This document shows positions 17,864 through 27,752 of a stretch of 40,624 nucleotides of DNA, in pieces (position 1 is the first letter of the stretch; each line of letters opens with the position of its first letter). A program made the position numbers and the translations under genes. Origin of the DNA: Candidatus Eiseniibacteriota bacterium (GTDB lineage Bacteria > Arandabacterota > Arandabacteria > Arandabacterales > Arandabacteraceae); the NCBI GenBank assembly GCA_043810925.1, contig JBDRNT010000158.1:1-40624 (forward strand), read 5' to 3'. Under the pieces are notes generated by a model, which had not been told where the DNA came from, ran no database searches, and worked only from the letters and a program-made list of their open reading frames with translations.

Positions 17864-18568
17864 ATGAAGACTCACCATGTCGCGGTGTTGGGAATCAGCG
17901 TGGTGGCGGCGGCATTCCTGCTGGGAGTGTTCTTTTACGCTGCAAGGGTGCCTGATGATGTTATTTCGGTTGTGGGAGCGGCAACCAAACGGCTTGAGTC
18001 CGACGTCGTCAAGTGGCGCATAACGCTACGCCGCAGTATCGGGCCGGATGAACTCAGCATGGGATACAGGATGATTCAGGACGATCTCGAGTTCCTCAAG
18101 GGAATGCTGCACGACAATGGGGTTGCCGATGAGGACATAACGGTGCAGCCGGCTACTGCTCAGCAGCGACATGACAGATACGGGGTCCTCAGCAGCTATG
18201 ACGTTAACCAGGGCATCTTCGTAATCTCGAAGGACATCGATACAGTGGAGAAGCTCGCTCTCAATCCTGTTGGAATCACGGATACGGGGGTGATCATCGA
18301 AGCTTCGAATCTTCAATATCTCTATTCCGGGTTGGATGAGATGAAGATCGAGCTTCTCGCGGCCGCGACAGAAAATGCCCGGCTCCGCGCAGGGGAGATC
18401 ACACGTAATTCCGGAGCATCCCTTGGCAAGGTGAAGCACCTCCGCTCCGGGGTCTTCCAGATCCGGGAACCCTTTTCGACGGAAGTAAGGGACTACGGGA
18501 TGTACAGCACACAGACCCGGCAGAAGGAAATCACTGTGACGGTGAGTGCGGCCTACCGTATCAATTAG
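17864..18568 (+). CDS. SIMPL (DUF541) domain protein
   Basis: SD GGAGGGG, ATG at 17864; N-terminal TM; ISVVGAA...SD, ATENARLRA, GVFQI. Confidence 0.88.
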   Translation: MKTHHVAVLGISVVAAAFLLGVFFYAARVPDDVISVVGAATKRLESDVVKWRITLRRSIGPDELSMGYRMIQDDLEFLKGMLHDNGVADEDITVQPATAQQRHDRYGVLSSYDVNQGIFVISKDIDTVEKLALNPVGITDTGVIIEASNLQYLYSGLDEMKIELLAAATENARLRAGEITRNSGASLGKVKHLRSGVFQIREPFSTEVRDYGMYSTQTRQKEITVTVSAAYRIN

Positions 18569-18684
18569 CAGAACAGCAATGCAGGATTATCTTGGTGACA
18601 CCCGCCACTTCACGGTGGTACGCTACAAGCAGTTGCGAATCACCATCACTCTGGAGCTCACGTAAGACCACGGAGGTGTTCACC

Positions 18685-20199
18685 ATGCGTAGTCTGCGAT
18701 TCATGATCTTTGTCGCATTGATTGCCATCATCCCGTGCCAGGTCGCATCGCTAACGGAGCGAGTCGTGATCGACGGTGAATTCAATGATTGGGATCATCT
18801 GACACTTCTACACACCGATCCGGCCGGTGATCAGATAAGCGGCGATATCGATTTCGGTGGATTCTGGGCTTCGTTTGACCGGCAGTATGTGTTCTTGAGC
18901 TTCCGGGTCGGCGGGAAGATCAACCTGCAGTCCTCCAATCAGATTACAATGTACGTCGACACCGACGCTAATTCACATACGGGTACCCCGATGGACGGCA
19001 TCGGGGTCGATCTTGAGTGGACCTTCGGCTCAAGGTCCGGTCGTGTCAGGGAGGGGCTGCTCTGGCGCGATATCCGTCATGGCGACATCGGGTTGATAAG
19101 TGCTCCTACGGTTACGGCCGGGCGATTCGAGATCGCGATCGATCACCGGGCCGGGCTGATGACCTACCGCGGCCGTTTTCCGAGCCCCGAGTGGCGTCTC
19201 GTGATGGTTGATGAATCCGGGGGAGACCGGATTCCCGACGCGGGGCAGGTCATTGCCATCGTGTTTGACGGGTCACCGATGAAGTCGGTAGAACCGATAG
19301 ACCTGGCCAAGCACGATGAGGACCATGTGCGTATCCTGTCATACAATGTGGAGCGGGATGGTATATTCGACTCTGACCCCGCAAGAAGAAGGGCGTTCCA
19401 CGCCATTCTGAGGGCAATCAATCCCGACATCATCGGCTTTCAGGAGATCGAGTATCACTCCACCCTGGAGATCCAGGCATTCGTCCACAATGCGCTGGCA
19501 CCTGCCTGGCCGAGAGGTTTCGGCAGTTGGTTCAGCGCAAGAGGCCTCGGTCTCAACAATGATATCGTGCTGGTCAGCCGCTATCCAATTCAGGAAGTCT
19601 ATCCCCTTGGCGGGAACTCTGCCTTCCTGGTTGATTTGAGCCCCTGGTACAAACATAACCTGCTTCTTATCGTTGCCCACCCGCCATGCTGCACCAACGA
19701 CATAGGCCGCCAGTGGGAGATCGATGCTATGATGGCATTCGTCCGCGACGCCAAGGAGCCCGGCGGGGTTCTCGATCTTGAACCGGACACACCGATAGTG
19801 CTGATGGGCGATATGAATCTCGTTGGAGACAGCCGGCAGCTAGAGACCCTGCTCACCGGCGATATCGTGAATACCGACGAGTATGGGCCGCCCTTCGAGC
19901 CTGACTGGGACGGAACTGACTTCGCGGATCTCATGCCTCGCCACACCCATCTCCCGATGAAATTCACCTGGTACAATCCCGACGACTACTTCTGGCCCGG
20001 GAGGCTTGACTACTTCATTTACAGTGACGCCGTGGTCAATGTCGGCAACAACTTCGTTCTTTTTACGCCTTCTATGCCGTCGAGATTGCTGATGCCATAC
20101 GGCCTGAGATCTGACTCTGCTACCAGAGCATCCGATCATCTGCCGGTAGTATGCGATCTGATCCTCCCCGTAAGAATGCGGCTGCACGACATACCGTGA
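18685..20199 (+). CDS. Secreted endonuclease/exonuclease/phosphatase (EEP) family protein
   Basis: SD GGAGG; signal peptide; IDGEFNDW N-domain; LSYNV, PDIIGFQE, GDMN, RLDY, ASDHLPV. Confidence 0.9.
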   Translation: MRSLRFMIFVALIAIIPCQVASLTERVVIDGEFNDWDHLTLLHTDPAGDQISGDIDFGGFWASFDRQYVFLSFRVGGKINLQSSNQITMYVDTDANSHTGTPMDGIGVDLEWTFGSRSGRVREGLLWRDIRHGDIGLISAPTVTAGRFEIAIDHRAGLMTYRGRFPSPEWRLVMVDESGGDRIPDAGQVIAIVFDGSPMKSVEPIDLAKHDEDHVRILSYNVERDGIFDSDPARRRAFHAILRAINPDIIGFQEIEYHSTLEIQAFVHNALAPAWPRGFGSWFSARGLGLNNDIVLVSRYPIQEVYPLGGNSAFLVDLSPWYKHNLLLIVAHPPCCTNDIGRQWEIDAMMAFVRDAKEPGGVLDLEPDTPIVLMGDMNLVGDSRQLETLLTGDIVNTDEYGPPFEPDWDGTDFADLMPRHTHLPMKFTWYNPDDYFWPGRLDYFIYSDAVVNVGNNFVLFTPSMPSRLLMPYGLRSDSATRASDHLPVVCDLILPVRMRLHDIP

Positions 20200-20332
20200 T
20201 CCCGGGACGACGCTTGTGTTGCTCCCCGTACGGTGCTTCGACCATCGCCGCCGCCGACGTGGGCCGTACGCCTGCCGAGAATGAGCTCGCCGGGAAACTC
20301 ATTAGCTGATGAGCAGTCCTCCGGCCGTTGTT

Positions 20333-20677
20333 TCACACGGCGTCCGCCCCACGGTCACGGGTACTTATCCGTACCGCGTCATCAACCGGGGACACGTAGA
20401 TCTTGCCGTCCGCCCTTAAGCCGGTATGCGCCCCTTCAAGAATCGCGTCGATCACCGCCTCAGCGAGGGATTCGAGGCAAAAGATCTCAAGTTTGACGTG
20501 GGGCACCCAGCTGATCGTGTTATCGACGATTCGCACCGGCTCATCCTCCCCACGTGTCCGGCCGAACCCCTTGATCTCATGCGTACTCAAGCCGGTCAGC
20601 CCCTCGATCATGTGCAACCGCTCAACGACTTCGGTCAGTCGATGACTCTTGATGAAAGCTTCTATTTTCTTCATCAT
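20333..20677 (-). CDS. P-II family protein linked to heavy-metal efflux operon
   Basis: MKKIEAFIK, GFGR, VKLEI, HTGLRADGKIYV, RISTRDRG. Confidence 0.92.
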   Translation of the reverse strand: MMKKIEAFIKSHRLTEVVERLHMIEGLTGLSTHEIKGFGRTRGEDEPVRIVDNTISWVPHVKLEIFCLESLAEAVIDAILEGAHTGLRADGKIYVSPVDDAVRISTRDRGADAV

Positions 20678-20706
20678 TCCTCCTCAGCCGGGATTACTTC
20701 CGGCTT

Positions 20707-23700
20707 TCAGGCCCGCCTGTCAACAGCCAGTTTCGGCGCGAACCAGGCATACAGCGCAGGTATAAGAAACAGTGTCAGAAACGTCGAAGAGAGTATACCG
20801 AATACCACAACTGCGGCCAGCGGGCGTTGCACTTCAGATCCCATTCCACGCGAGAGCAGAAGCGGCACAAGGCCCAGTACGGTGGTCAGTGCCGTCATGA
20901 GCACCGGCCGCAAGCGGAGCATTGCACCCTTCACCACCGCCTCCGCAGTCTCCAGACCCGTCTCGCGCAACTGATTAATACAAGTGACGAGGACAAGCCC
21001 GTTCTGGACCGCGATACCGAACAGGGCAATGAATCCCACCGACGCGGGTACCGAGAGGTACTCTCTCATGATGAGCAGCCCAACGACACCTCCTATAAGT
21101 GCCATCGGCACATTTATGAAGATCAAGGTTGCCGAACGCAGCGTCCCAAGCGATAGGTAGAGCATTAGAAAGATCAGCACAAAGGCAGTAGGGACAATGA
21201 CGGTGAGACGTTTCATAGCACGTTGCTGGTTTTCGAACTGACCGCCGTACTCAAGCCAGTAACCCGGCGGCAGCGAGATGTTCTCTCCGACCCGTTCTTG
21301 TATATCCTTCACCACGCCGCCTATGTCACGTCCACGCACATTTGCACTGATGGTCCACAACCGGCTGTTCTTCTCCCGGTTAATCTGGATCGGACCCACA
21401 ACCTCCTTCACCTCGGCAACCTGTGAGAGCGGCACATGATATCCTGCCGATGTCGTCACCAAGAGGTTCCGCAGCGCCTCAGGATCATTCCGATACTGTT
21501 CCTGGTACCTGATGTGAATTCCGAAACGGCGTGTGTTGAGGTAGATATGGTCGATTACCTCACCCCCGACGGCGATCTCCACTATCTCGAGGATGTCGGA
21601 TACGTTCACATCGTATCGCGTGCAGGCCTCTCTATCAGCCACGATCTCGACCTGCGGTTGGCCGTAGCTTTGCTCTGTGGCAAGGTCGACCAGACCGGGG
21701 ATTCCGTCGATCGTCTCCCTTATCTCTTCCGCAGTTGTCCTCAGAACAGTCAGGTCGTCGCCATAGAGTTTGATCGCAAGCTGGGTCCTCACCCCCGAGA
21801 GCAGCTCGTCAAAGAGGTTCTGAATCGGTTGTGAGAAATTGAGTTGTACACCGGGGTAGTGTGAGAGTTCCCGGTTGAGCCCCTCGATCAGGTCGGCCTT
21901 GGTCTTGTAGTCCCCCCACTCGCTGCGGGGTTTGAGTGCAATCTGGATGTGCGCCGAGTTGACCGGATGGGGATGGCTCCCGGCCTCCGGACGACCGATC
22001 TTGGAGAGTGTTTCCTCAACCGGGCCGAACCGCCTGATGATCTGCTCGAGTTTCATTATGGTCCCGGTCGCCTTCTCAAGTGATATCGATGGAGCCATAG
22101 TAACATTGATCTGGATGATGCCTTCCTCAAGAACCGGTATGAATTCCGTTCCGAGCAATTGAGCCAACAGTAGAGTGACACCAAGAGCCACCACGGCACC
22201 CACCACGACGAACTTACGTCTCAGGATCGCTCCCTCAAGCAGCGGATGGTAGACGCGTTTGAGCGCCGCCACAAGCGCAGACTCCCGACCACCCCCGACA
22301 CGGAGCACCATCGAAGCCAGCGGAGGTGCAAACACTATTGCGATCACCGCCGAACCCAGGAGCGCAAGCGTAATGGTGAATGCCATTGGCGAGAACATCT
22401 TGCCTTCAACGCCCTCCAGTGTGAAGAGCGGCAGGAATACTATGATGATGATCGCAACCGAGAAGAGTATGGGCCTGGCGACCTCGCGGGCAGAGGAGAT
22501 TATGACCTCCGCCTTGCTGGCAAGCCTGTTGTGTTCGTCGTTCAGGTTTCTGTAGACATTCTCCACCATGACGATTGAGGCATCTCCAAGCATACCTATC
22601 GCTATCGCGATACCGCCGAGCGACATCAGATTGGCAGAAACCCCGCTTTGCTTCATGAAGATCACGGCAATCAGGGCACACAGCGGCAGCGCCAGCGCCA
22701 CGATCAGAGCCGAACGCACATTGCCCAGGAATACAAAGAGCGTGATCACGACAAGCAAGGCGCCCACAAGAAGGGCGTTCTTGACCGTCCCCGTCGCGTT
22801 ATTTACGAGACGGCTCTGGTTGTAATACGGGACGACCGTCACACCCTGCGGAAGCGATTCCTCGACCTCCGCAAACTTGAGATTGAGACGATCGATCACG
22901 TTAGAGGTGTTCTCACCAAAGAGCTTCATCACAATCCCCGCCACGACCTCCTCTTCACCGTTAAGCGTCACCACACCTCGCCGAATCTCATTTCCGTATG
23001 TTACTTCCGCCACATCGTGGATATGGACAGGGGTCCCGTCGACCACCTTTACCTGGATTTCGCGAATGTCATCGAGCGCAGTGGCAAGACCGAGTCCACG
23101 TACCAGGTACTCCTCCGAGCCCATCACAAGAAACTGGCCCCCGGCATTTGCGTTATTCGCAGTCATTGCATCGACGATTTCTCCGAGCTCGATGTCATGC
23201 TTGCGTAGCCGGTAGGGATCGACCCTGATCTGGTACTGGAGCACATGCCCGCCCATTGAGAGAATCTCCGTCACGCCGCGCACGGTCTGGAGCTGGAACT
23301 TAACGACCCAGTCATTGATCTCACGCAGCCACGCGAGTCTGTCCTTCCCTTCGGTGTCGGCCGTATCATCCGCCGTCAGGTAGTACATGAAGACTTCACC
23401 CAGGCCGGTGGAGATGGGACCGAGGACCGGTGGTTCGTGCATCTCCGGCAACTCCGCCACTGCACCCGCAAGACGTTCAGCCACGATCTGGCGGGCGAAG
23501 TAGATATCGACGTCATCCTCGAAATAGACATAGACCACGGCCATCCCAAAGGCCGACGTAGACTTGACAAGTCTCACTCCCGGGAGTCCGTTCATCGCCG
23601 ACTCGATCGGGAAGGTGATCAGCCGCTCGACTTCCTCCGGCGCCATGCCGTGAGCCTCCGCAAAAACCGACACCATCACGGGTGATATGTCGGGAAAAGC

Positions 23701-23811
23701 ATCGGTAGGAAGTCTGCGATACTGGACAACACCAAGCGCAATCGTCGCGACAAGTAAGACCACTACCAGCAGACGGTTCTTAAGCGTCCAGGCTACAATT
23801 GCTTCAACCAT
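20707..23811 (-). CDS. czcA: CusA/CzcA family heavy-metal RND efflux transporter
   Basis: 1034 aa; DAFPDIS, EVERLITFPIE, NLMSLGG, EGKMFSPMA, GQFENQQRA, RLRPVLMTA, GSEVQRPLA. Confidence 0.93.
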   Translation of the reverse strand: MVEAIVAWTLKNRLLVVVLLVATIALGVVQYRRLPTDAFPDISPVMVSVFAEAHGMAPEEVERLITFPIESAMNGLPGVRLVKSTSAFGMAVVYVYFEDDVDIYFARQIVAERLAGAVAELPEMHEPPVLGPISTGLGEVFMYYLTADDTADTEGKDRLAWLREINDWVVKFQLQTVRGVTEILSMGGHVLQYQIRVDPYRLRKHDIELGEIVDAMTANNANAGGQFLVMGSEEYLVRGLGLATALDDIREIQVKVVDGTPVHIHDVAEVTYGNEIRRGVVTLNGEEEVVAGIVMKLFGENTSNVIDRLNLKFAEVEESLPQGVTVVPYYNQSRLVNNATGTVKNALLVGALLVVITLFVFLGNVRSALIVALALPLCALIAVIFMKQSGVSANLMSLGGIAIAIGMLGDASIVMVENVYRNLNDEHNRLASKAEVIISSAREVARPILFSVAIIIIVFLPLFTLEGVEGKMFSPMAFTITLALLGSAVIAIVFAPPLASMVLRVGGGRESALVAALKRVYHPLLEGAILRRKFVVVGAVVALGVTLLLAQLLGTEFIPVLEEGIIQINVTMAPSISLEKATGTIMKLEQIIRRFGPVEETLSKIGRPEAGSHPHPVNSAHIQIALKPRSEWGDYKTKADLIEGLNRELSHYPGVQLNFSQPIQNLFDELLSGVRTQLAIKLYGDDLTVLRTTAEEIRETIDGIPGLVDLATEQSYGQPQVEIVADREACTRYDVNVSDILEIVEIAVGGEVIDHIYLNTRRFGIHIRYQEQYRNDPEALRNLLVTTSAGYHVPLSQVAEVKEVVGPIQINREKNSRLWTISANVRGRDIGGVVKDIQERVGENISLPPGYWLEYGGQFENQQRAMKRLTVIVPTAFVLIFLMLYLSLGTLRSATLIFINVPMALIGGVVGLLIMREYLSVPASVGFIALFGIAVQNGLVLVTCINQLRETGLETAEAVVKGAMLRLRPVLMTALTTVLGLVPLLLSRGMGSEVQRPLAAVVVFGILSSTFLTLFLIPALYAWFAPKLAVDRRA

Positions 23812-23826
23812 CGATGACCTCCTCTC

Positions 23827-24897
23827 TTAATGTCCGTGACCTGCGTGGTCACCCAGGTTGGCGGTCACCATCTTGGCCTTGAGTTCAAAAGCGCCCTTTG
23901 CAACATAGGCGTCTCCCTCGTGGAGCCCCTCTACGATCTCCACCCTGTCTTCACCGCTGAACCCGGTCTCAACGGCAACGATTTCGAATTCGCCTTCCTC
24001 CTCCCCGGGCACGAATACCACTTGCATAGCGCCCAGGGTCTGGACTGCTCCCTTCTCGACAGTGAGACACGAACCGGAGATTTCCACAGGTACTGAGGTT
24101 CGTATGAACGTACCGGGTCGCCAGAAATCGCCATTGTTGGAAAGCACCGCCCTGGCAAGGGCGCTTCGCTTGTGCTCGCTGTAAACCGGCGCAACATAGG
24201 AAAGCCTCGCCTCGACCGACTGTCCTCCATCCACTGCGCTTACCGTCACACCGGCGCCTTGCCCGACATACGGCATATCCTTGGCATAGACTTCACAATT
24301 GGCCCAGACCGTCGACAGGTCGGCAATCAGAAACATATCGTGATCCTCTGCAACAAACTCACCCACTGTGAGGTGTTTGTGGATGATGCGCCCGGAAATC
24401 GGCGCCTTGATGGTGTAGCGGGAAAGACTCTCGTTGCTTTCGAGCACGGCCAGAACGTCGCCCTCTTTGACATGGGCGCCGATACGGCCGTGAACTTCCC
24501 GGGCAACACCGGCATAGCGCGGTGTCACATGCACCAACCGGTCCTCATTGAAACCGATCTCTCCCGGTAACTCGATCGTCCGTGCAAGTGTGGCCGGGCG
24601 TGCGCTTTCAATCCGTATACCGGCAAGCCTGATTGCCTCCGCCGAGAGATGCACTACGTCCTCGTCGTGGCCATCGGCTTCATGATCATGTCCGGCATGC
24701 TCATCGGTTTCATCACCGGGGCTCTCCCCGTGAGTCTCCTCAGAGCGGCCGTCGTGATCACTTTCGTCTTCATTCATATGCGCGTCGTGGTCGTGCGCTT
24801 CGGTATCTTCTTGTTCGCTCCCCCCGCTACATCCAGCGAGTACGGCCAACGCCAGAACGGCAAGGATTATCACAAGTTTCAAGACGTGCCTGTTCAT
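23827..24897 (-). CDS. czcB: RND periplasmic adaptor (CzcB/CusB-like) lipoprotein with His-rich segments
   Basis: Lipobox LAG-C; His/acidic linker (HDHDAH, HAGHDH); lipoyl-like IKAPISG; C-terminal HAGHGH. Confidence 0.9.
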   Translation of the reverse strand: MNRHVLKLVIILAVLALAVLAGCSGGSEQEDTEAHDHDAHMNEDESDHDGRSEETHGESPGDETDEHAGHDHEADGHDEDVVHLSAEAIRLAGIRIESARPATLARTIELPGEIGFNEDRLVHVTPRYAGVAREVHGRIGAHVKEGDVLAVLESNESLSRYTIKAPISGRIIHKHLTVGEFVAEDHDMFLIADLSTVWANCEVYAKDMPYVGQGAGVTVSAVDGGQSVEARLSYVAPVYSEHKRSALARAVLSNNGDFWRPGTFIRTSVPVEISGSCLTVEKGAVQTLGAMQVVFVPGEEEGEFEIVAVETGFSGEDRVEIVEGLHEGDAYVAKGAFELKAKMVTANLGDHAGHGH

Positions 24898-24907
24898 GCT
24901 TCCCCCC

Positions 24908-26134
24908 TTATCTGATGATCTCGATCCGGTAACTGGTCAGCTCTAATAGGTCAGCTGCTAGCAGCGCCCGTTCTTCCAGGAGATCTACGATTCTCATGCG
25001 AAGCTCGAGCAGATGGCTTCTTGCCTCAAGTACATCCAGAATGCCGGTCTTGCCCTGCACGTAGAATTCCTCGAGCGACTGATGAACATACGTGGCTTTT
25101 GACAGGAGTTCGCCCGAGAGAGCATCCAGATCCCTGCCGGTTCCCTCCATATCCGAATAGAGCGTTGTGAGCTGAGCGGCACGTTCAAGCCGCTCACGCT
25201 CGGCCGCATGTTCCGCCGCAGCCATCTCGTGATGCTTCTCGGTAACTGCGGCCTTATTCCGGTTAAGTATCGGTAGTGAAAATGAAACGCCTGTGATTGC
25301 TGCTTCTTCGTCCAGCTCGTTATTACGCAGGTAGCCTGCGCTCAGTGCGAGTTCGGGTCTTCCCTCCGCACGTGCCTCATCCATCTCCGCTTTGATCAAT
25401 CGCTTTTTCCCCTCAAGCAACAGCCAGTCAGGGTGTCTTTCCATGGCTGCAGAGATCTCGGCAACCGGTGGCAGGTAGACCGAACCCGGGAGCGAGCCAT
25501 CAACTCGGTCGAATCCAGGGGCTATCTCCCCCCAGAGCTCCCCGAGCTGTACCCTGCCCTCCGCAAGGCTTCGCGTGATCTCCGCACGCTCAAGGTTAAG
25601 CTCGTCTCCTTCGAGCTGAGACCGCACCACGTCAAGTGCCATGGCTCCGCCCGCATCGACCAGCCCTTGCACCGCCTCGGTGCTCCTCGCGGACACCTCA
25701 AGCAGGGAGTCAACAAGCTCAAGCCTGCGGTTTGCTGCGAGAAGCGGGATGAAACGCCGAATCAGCTCCGCCTCAACTGAGATCTTCCCACTCTCAAGTC
25801 TGAGTTCGGCGATCTCCACTTCGCGCTTGGCCACGCTGACAGCTGCGCCTCTCGTCCCACCGATTAGTAGCGGCTGGGTGAGAACGACCTCAATCTCGGC
25901 CTTACCGAATTTCTCGGCCGTAACCTCAATCTCAGGATTCGGATATGCTCCGGCCCGGCGAACAGCAGCCTCAGCTGCCGCCACCTCTTCCGCGAGGGCC
26001 CTGAGACCTTCATGTTGGGCCAGGACCATCTCCTGGGCCTGGGAAAATCCCAGTGTTTGTGCCCCTGCCGGCGCACCCGCTGAGAGCGTCACTAGCGCGA
26101 CCATTGCAACAAGCTTGCACGTGACATGTGGCAT
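24908..26134 (-). CDS. czcC: TolC/CzcC outer-membrane efflux protein
   Basis: Signal peptide; AYPNPE, SLPILNRN, GKTGILDVLEA; operon position. Start chosen from SD AGAGGT. Confidence 0.88.
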   Translation of the reverse strand: MPHVTCKLVAMVALVTLSAGAPAGAQTLGFSQAQEMVLAQHEGLRALAEEVAAAEAAVRRAGAYPNPEIEVTAEKFGKAEIEVVLTQPLLIGGTRGAAVSVAKREVEIAELRLESGKISVEAELIRRFIPLLAANRRLELVDSLLEVSARSTEAVQGLVDAGGAMALDVVRSQLEGDELNLERAEITRSLAEGRVQLGELWGEIAPGFDRVDGSLPGSVYLPPVAEISAAMERHPDWLLLEGKKRLIKAEMDEARAEGRPELALSAGYLRNNELDEEAAITGVSFSLPILNRNKAAVTEKHHEMAAAEHAAERERLERAAQLTTLYSDMEGTGRDLDALSGELLSKATYVHQSLEEFYVQGKTGILDVLEARSHLLELRMRIVDLLEERALLAADLLELTSYRIEIIR

Positions 26135-26245
26135 ACGCATTACCTCTTTCATTCTTGGTTTGACAGAAGCATCAGGCAGCAATTGTGCCCGGGATCGGCA
26201 GTCGGTGAGGTCGACACCGACGTGCTAAATGCATAGAGATGGGAA

Positions 26246-26686
26246 TCAGATGATGAGTACTACGGATTGAAGGTGTTCTAAAGATGAAGATGGGACAACC
26301 CAGAAGCCGGAACTCTCTCGGACGACTGACTCAGGGTCATCCGCCCAATACGCGTAAGATACTCGCGCGGGCAGAGACGACGCCCAAAGGAACGTAAGTT
26401 CGGGCAACCTGTCCGGGTCCGGGATACGCCCCATGTCCGTACCCAACGGTACCCCGGTACAGGGTATGTGATGATGTGCTATTTCGGTATTCGTCTCGCC
26501 GGACTGACAGCACCCTTGGTCCTCGGGAGTCATGCAGACCACGTGGGGCGCGTGGACCGAAATGGCGCCGGGGCCATCGCCCTCAGCGGTGCAAAGCACG
26601 AATCCGTCAAGCGCGGCGAAGGAACTCCACATGAAGAGGATAAGAAATGCGATACAGACATGTCTGGTCTTTCTGATGTTCAACAT
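26246..26686 (-). CDS. Cys/His-rich small exported protein (CzcI-like leader gene of the efflux operon)
   Basis: N-terminal hydrophobic segment, VLC, GCC, HHHIPC, C-terminal 'SVVLII'; first gene of the operon. Confidence 0.65.
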   Translation of the reverse strand: MLNIRKTRHVCIAFLILFMWSSFAALDGFVLCTAEGDGPGAISVHAPHVVCMTPEDQGCCQSGETNTEIAHHHIPCTGVPLGTDMGRIPDPDRLPELTFLWASSLPARVSYAYWADDPESVVRESSGFWVVPSSSLEHLQSVVLII

Positions 26687-26796
26687 AATGTCTTTAACCC
26701 CGCCGACCGGCGCTTTGTTCCGTTAAGAACTCGTAACGCGCCAATATACTGCCTCACGGCTGCCTGCGCAATGCCGGAAATCTTGACTCGCGCCCG

Positions 26797-26874
26797 ATTC
26801 GGTGACAGTATGCTGATTATTGGATGCTGAATGATTTGACGTCGATGGTAATTGAGTATTGTGTCACCGTAATT
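26797..26874. repeat. Imperfect inverted pair of the dispersed repeat upstream of mntP
   Basis: ATTCGGTGACAGTATGCTGATT (26797-26818) and, reverse complemented, AATTACGGTGACACAATACTCAATT (26850-26874). Confidence 0.6.
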
Positions 26875-26887
26875 TCAGGGGGATGTG

Positions 26888-27451
26888 ATGCTGTCAGTAT
26901 CATTACTGGTTATTGCCGTCGGCCTGGCAATGGATGCCTTTGCCGTGTCCATCTCAAGTGGCGTGACTCTGAGCAAGGTGCGATTCAGACATGCTCTTAA
27001 GATCGCCTCGTTTTTCGGTGGCTTTCAGGCGATAATGCCGCTCATAGGATGGAGGACGGGAAACTGGGTCAGAGCCTACATCGCCACATTTGACCACTGG
27101 ATAGCTTTCGCGCTCCTCCTTCTGGTCGGATTGAAAATGATCTATGAATCTGGAAAGCACGGCAAGGAACGCACCGCCATCGATCCGACCAGGATCACCA
27201 TCCTTTTCGTCCTCGCCATTGCTACCAGCATTGATGCCCTTGCTGTCGGCTTCTCGCTGTCGTTTCTTGATATGGCTATCCTCGTGCCCGTGCTCGTCAT
27301 AGGAATCGTTACCTTTATTATGTGTTTCGCCGGAACATATCTTGGAGCCGCGTCAGGACGGCTCCTTGGAAAACGAGTCGAGGCCATCGGCGGGATCATG
27401 CTGATAGGAATCGGTGTCAAGATTGTAATCGAGCACATGCTGGCGAAGTAG
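26888..27451 (+). CDS. mntP: Manganese efflux pump MntP
   Basis: GLAMDAFAVS, FQAIMPLIGW, DHWIAF, ATSIDALAVG, EAIGGIMLIGIG. Confidence 0.95.
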   Translation: MLSVSLLVIAVGLAMDAFAVSISSGVTLSKVRFRHALKIASFFGGFQAIMPLIGWRTGNWVRAYIATFDHWIAFALLLLVGLKMIYESGKHGKERTAIDPTRITILFVLAIATSIDALAVGFSLSFLDMAILVPVLVIGIVTFIMCFAGTYLGAASGRLLGKRVEAIGGIMLIGIGVKIVIEHMLAK

Positions 27452-27461
27452 GAGGTGTGAT

Positions 27462-27749
27462 ATGAGTGCATACATCATAGTCAAGATGGAAGTCACAGAT
27501 ATGGAACAGTACAAGAAGTACATCGCGGCAACCCCCGCCGTGGTTGCCGAGTTCGGGGGAAGGTTCATCGCGCGTGGCGGGGAGACCGTTACACTCGAGG
27601 GGCCGGAGGAGAAACGCAGAGTTGTCCTCATGGAGTTCCCATCGCTTGATAAGATAAAGGCTTTCTTCGGCTCCCCTGTGTACCGGGAAGCCAGGAAACT
27701 CCGAGAGAGTGCCGCCGTCGCATCGATCGTTGCCGTCGACGGTGCGTAG
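27462..27749 (+). CDS. DUF1330 domain protein
   Basis: MSAYII, FGGRFIARGG, LEG, EFPS, SPVY; SD AGGAGG. Confidence 0.92.
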   Translation: MSAYIIVKMEVTDMEQYKKYIAATPAVVAEFGGRFIARGGETVTLEGPEEKRRVVLMEFPSLDKIKAFFGSPVYREARKLRESAAVASIVAVDGA

Positions 27750-27752
27750 CAA

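Noticed and set aside
20707-26134. Numerous plus-strand ORFs of 60-195 aa over the efflux operon, and similar shadow ORFs elsewhere
   Set aside because: They are antisense or alternate-frame shadows of well-supported genes in GC-rich DNA, with no recognisable motifs.
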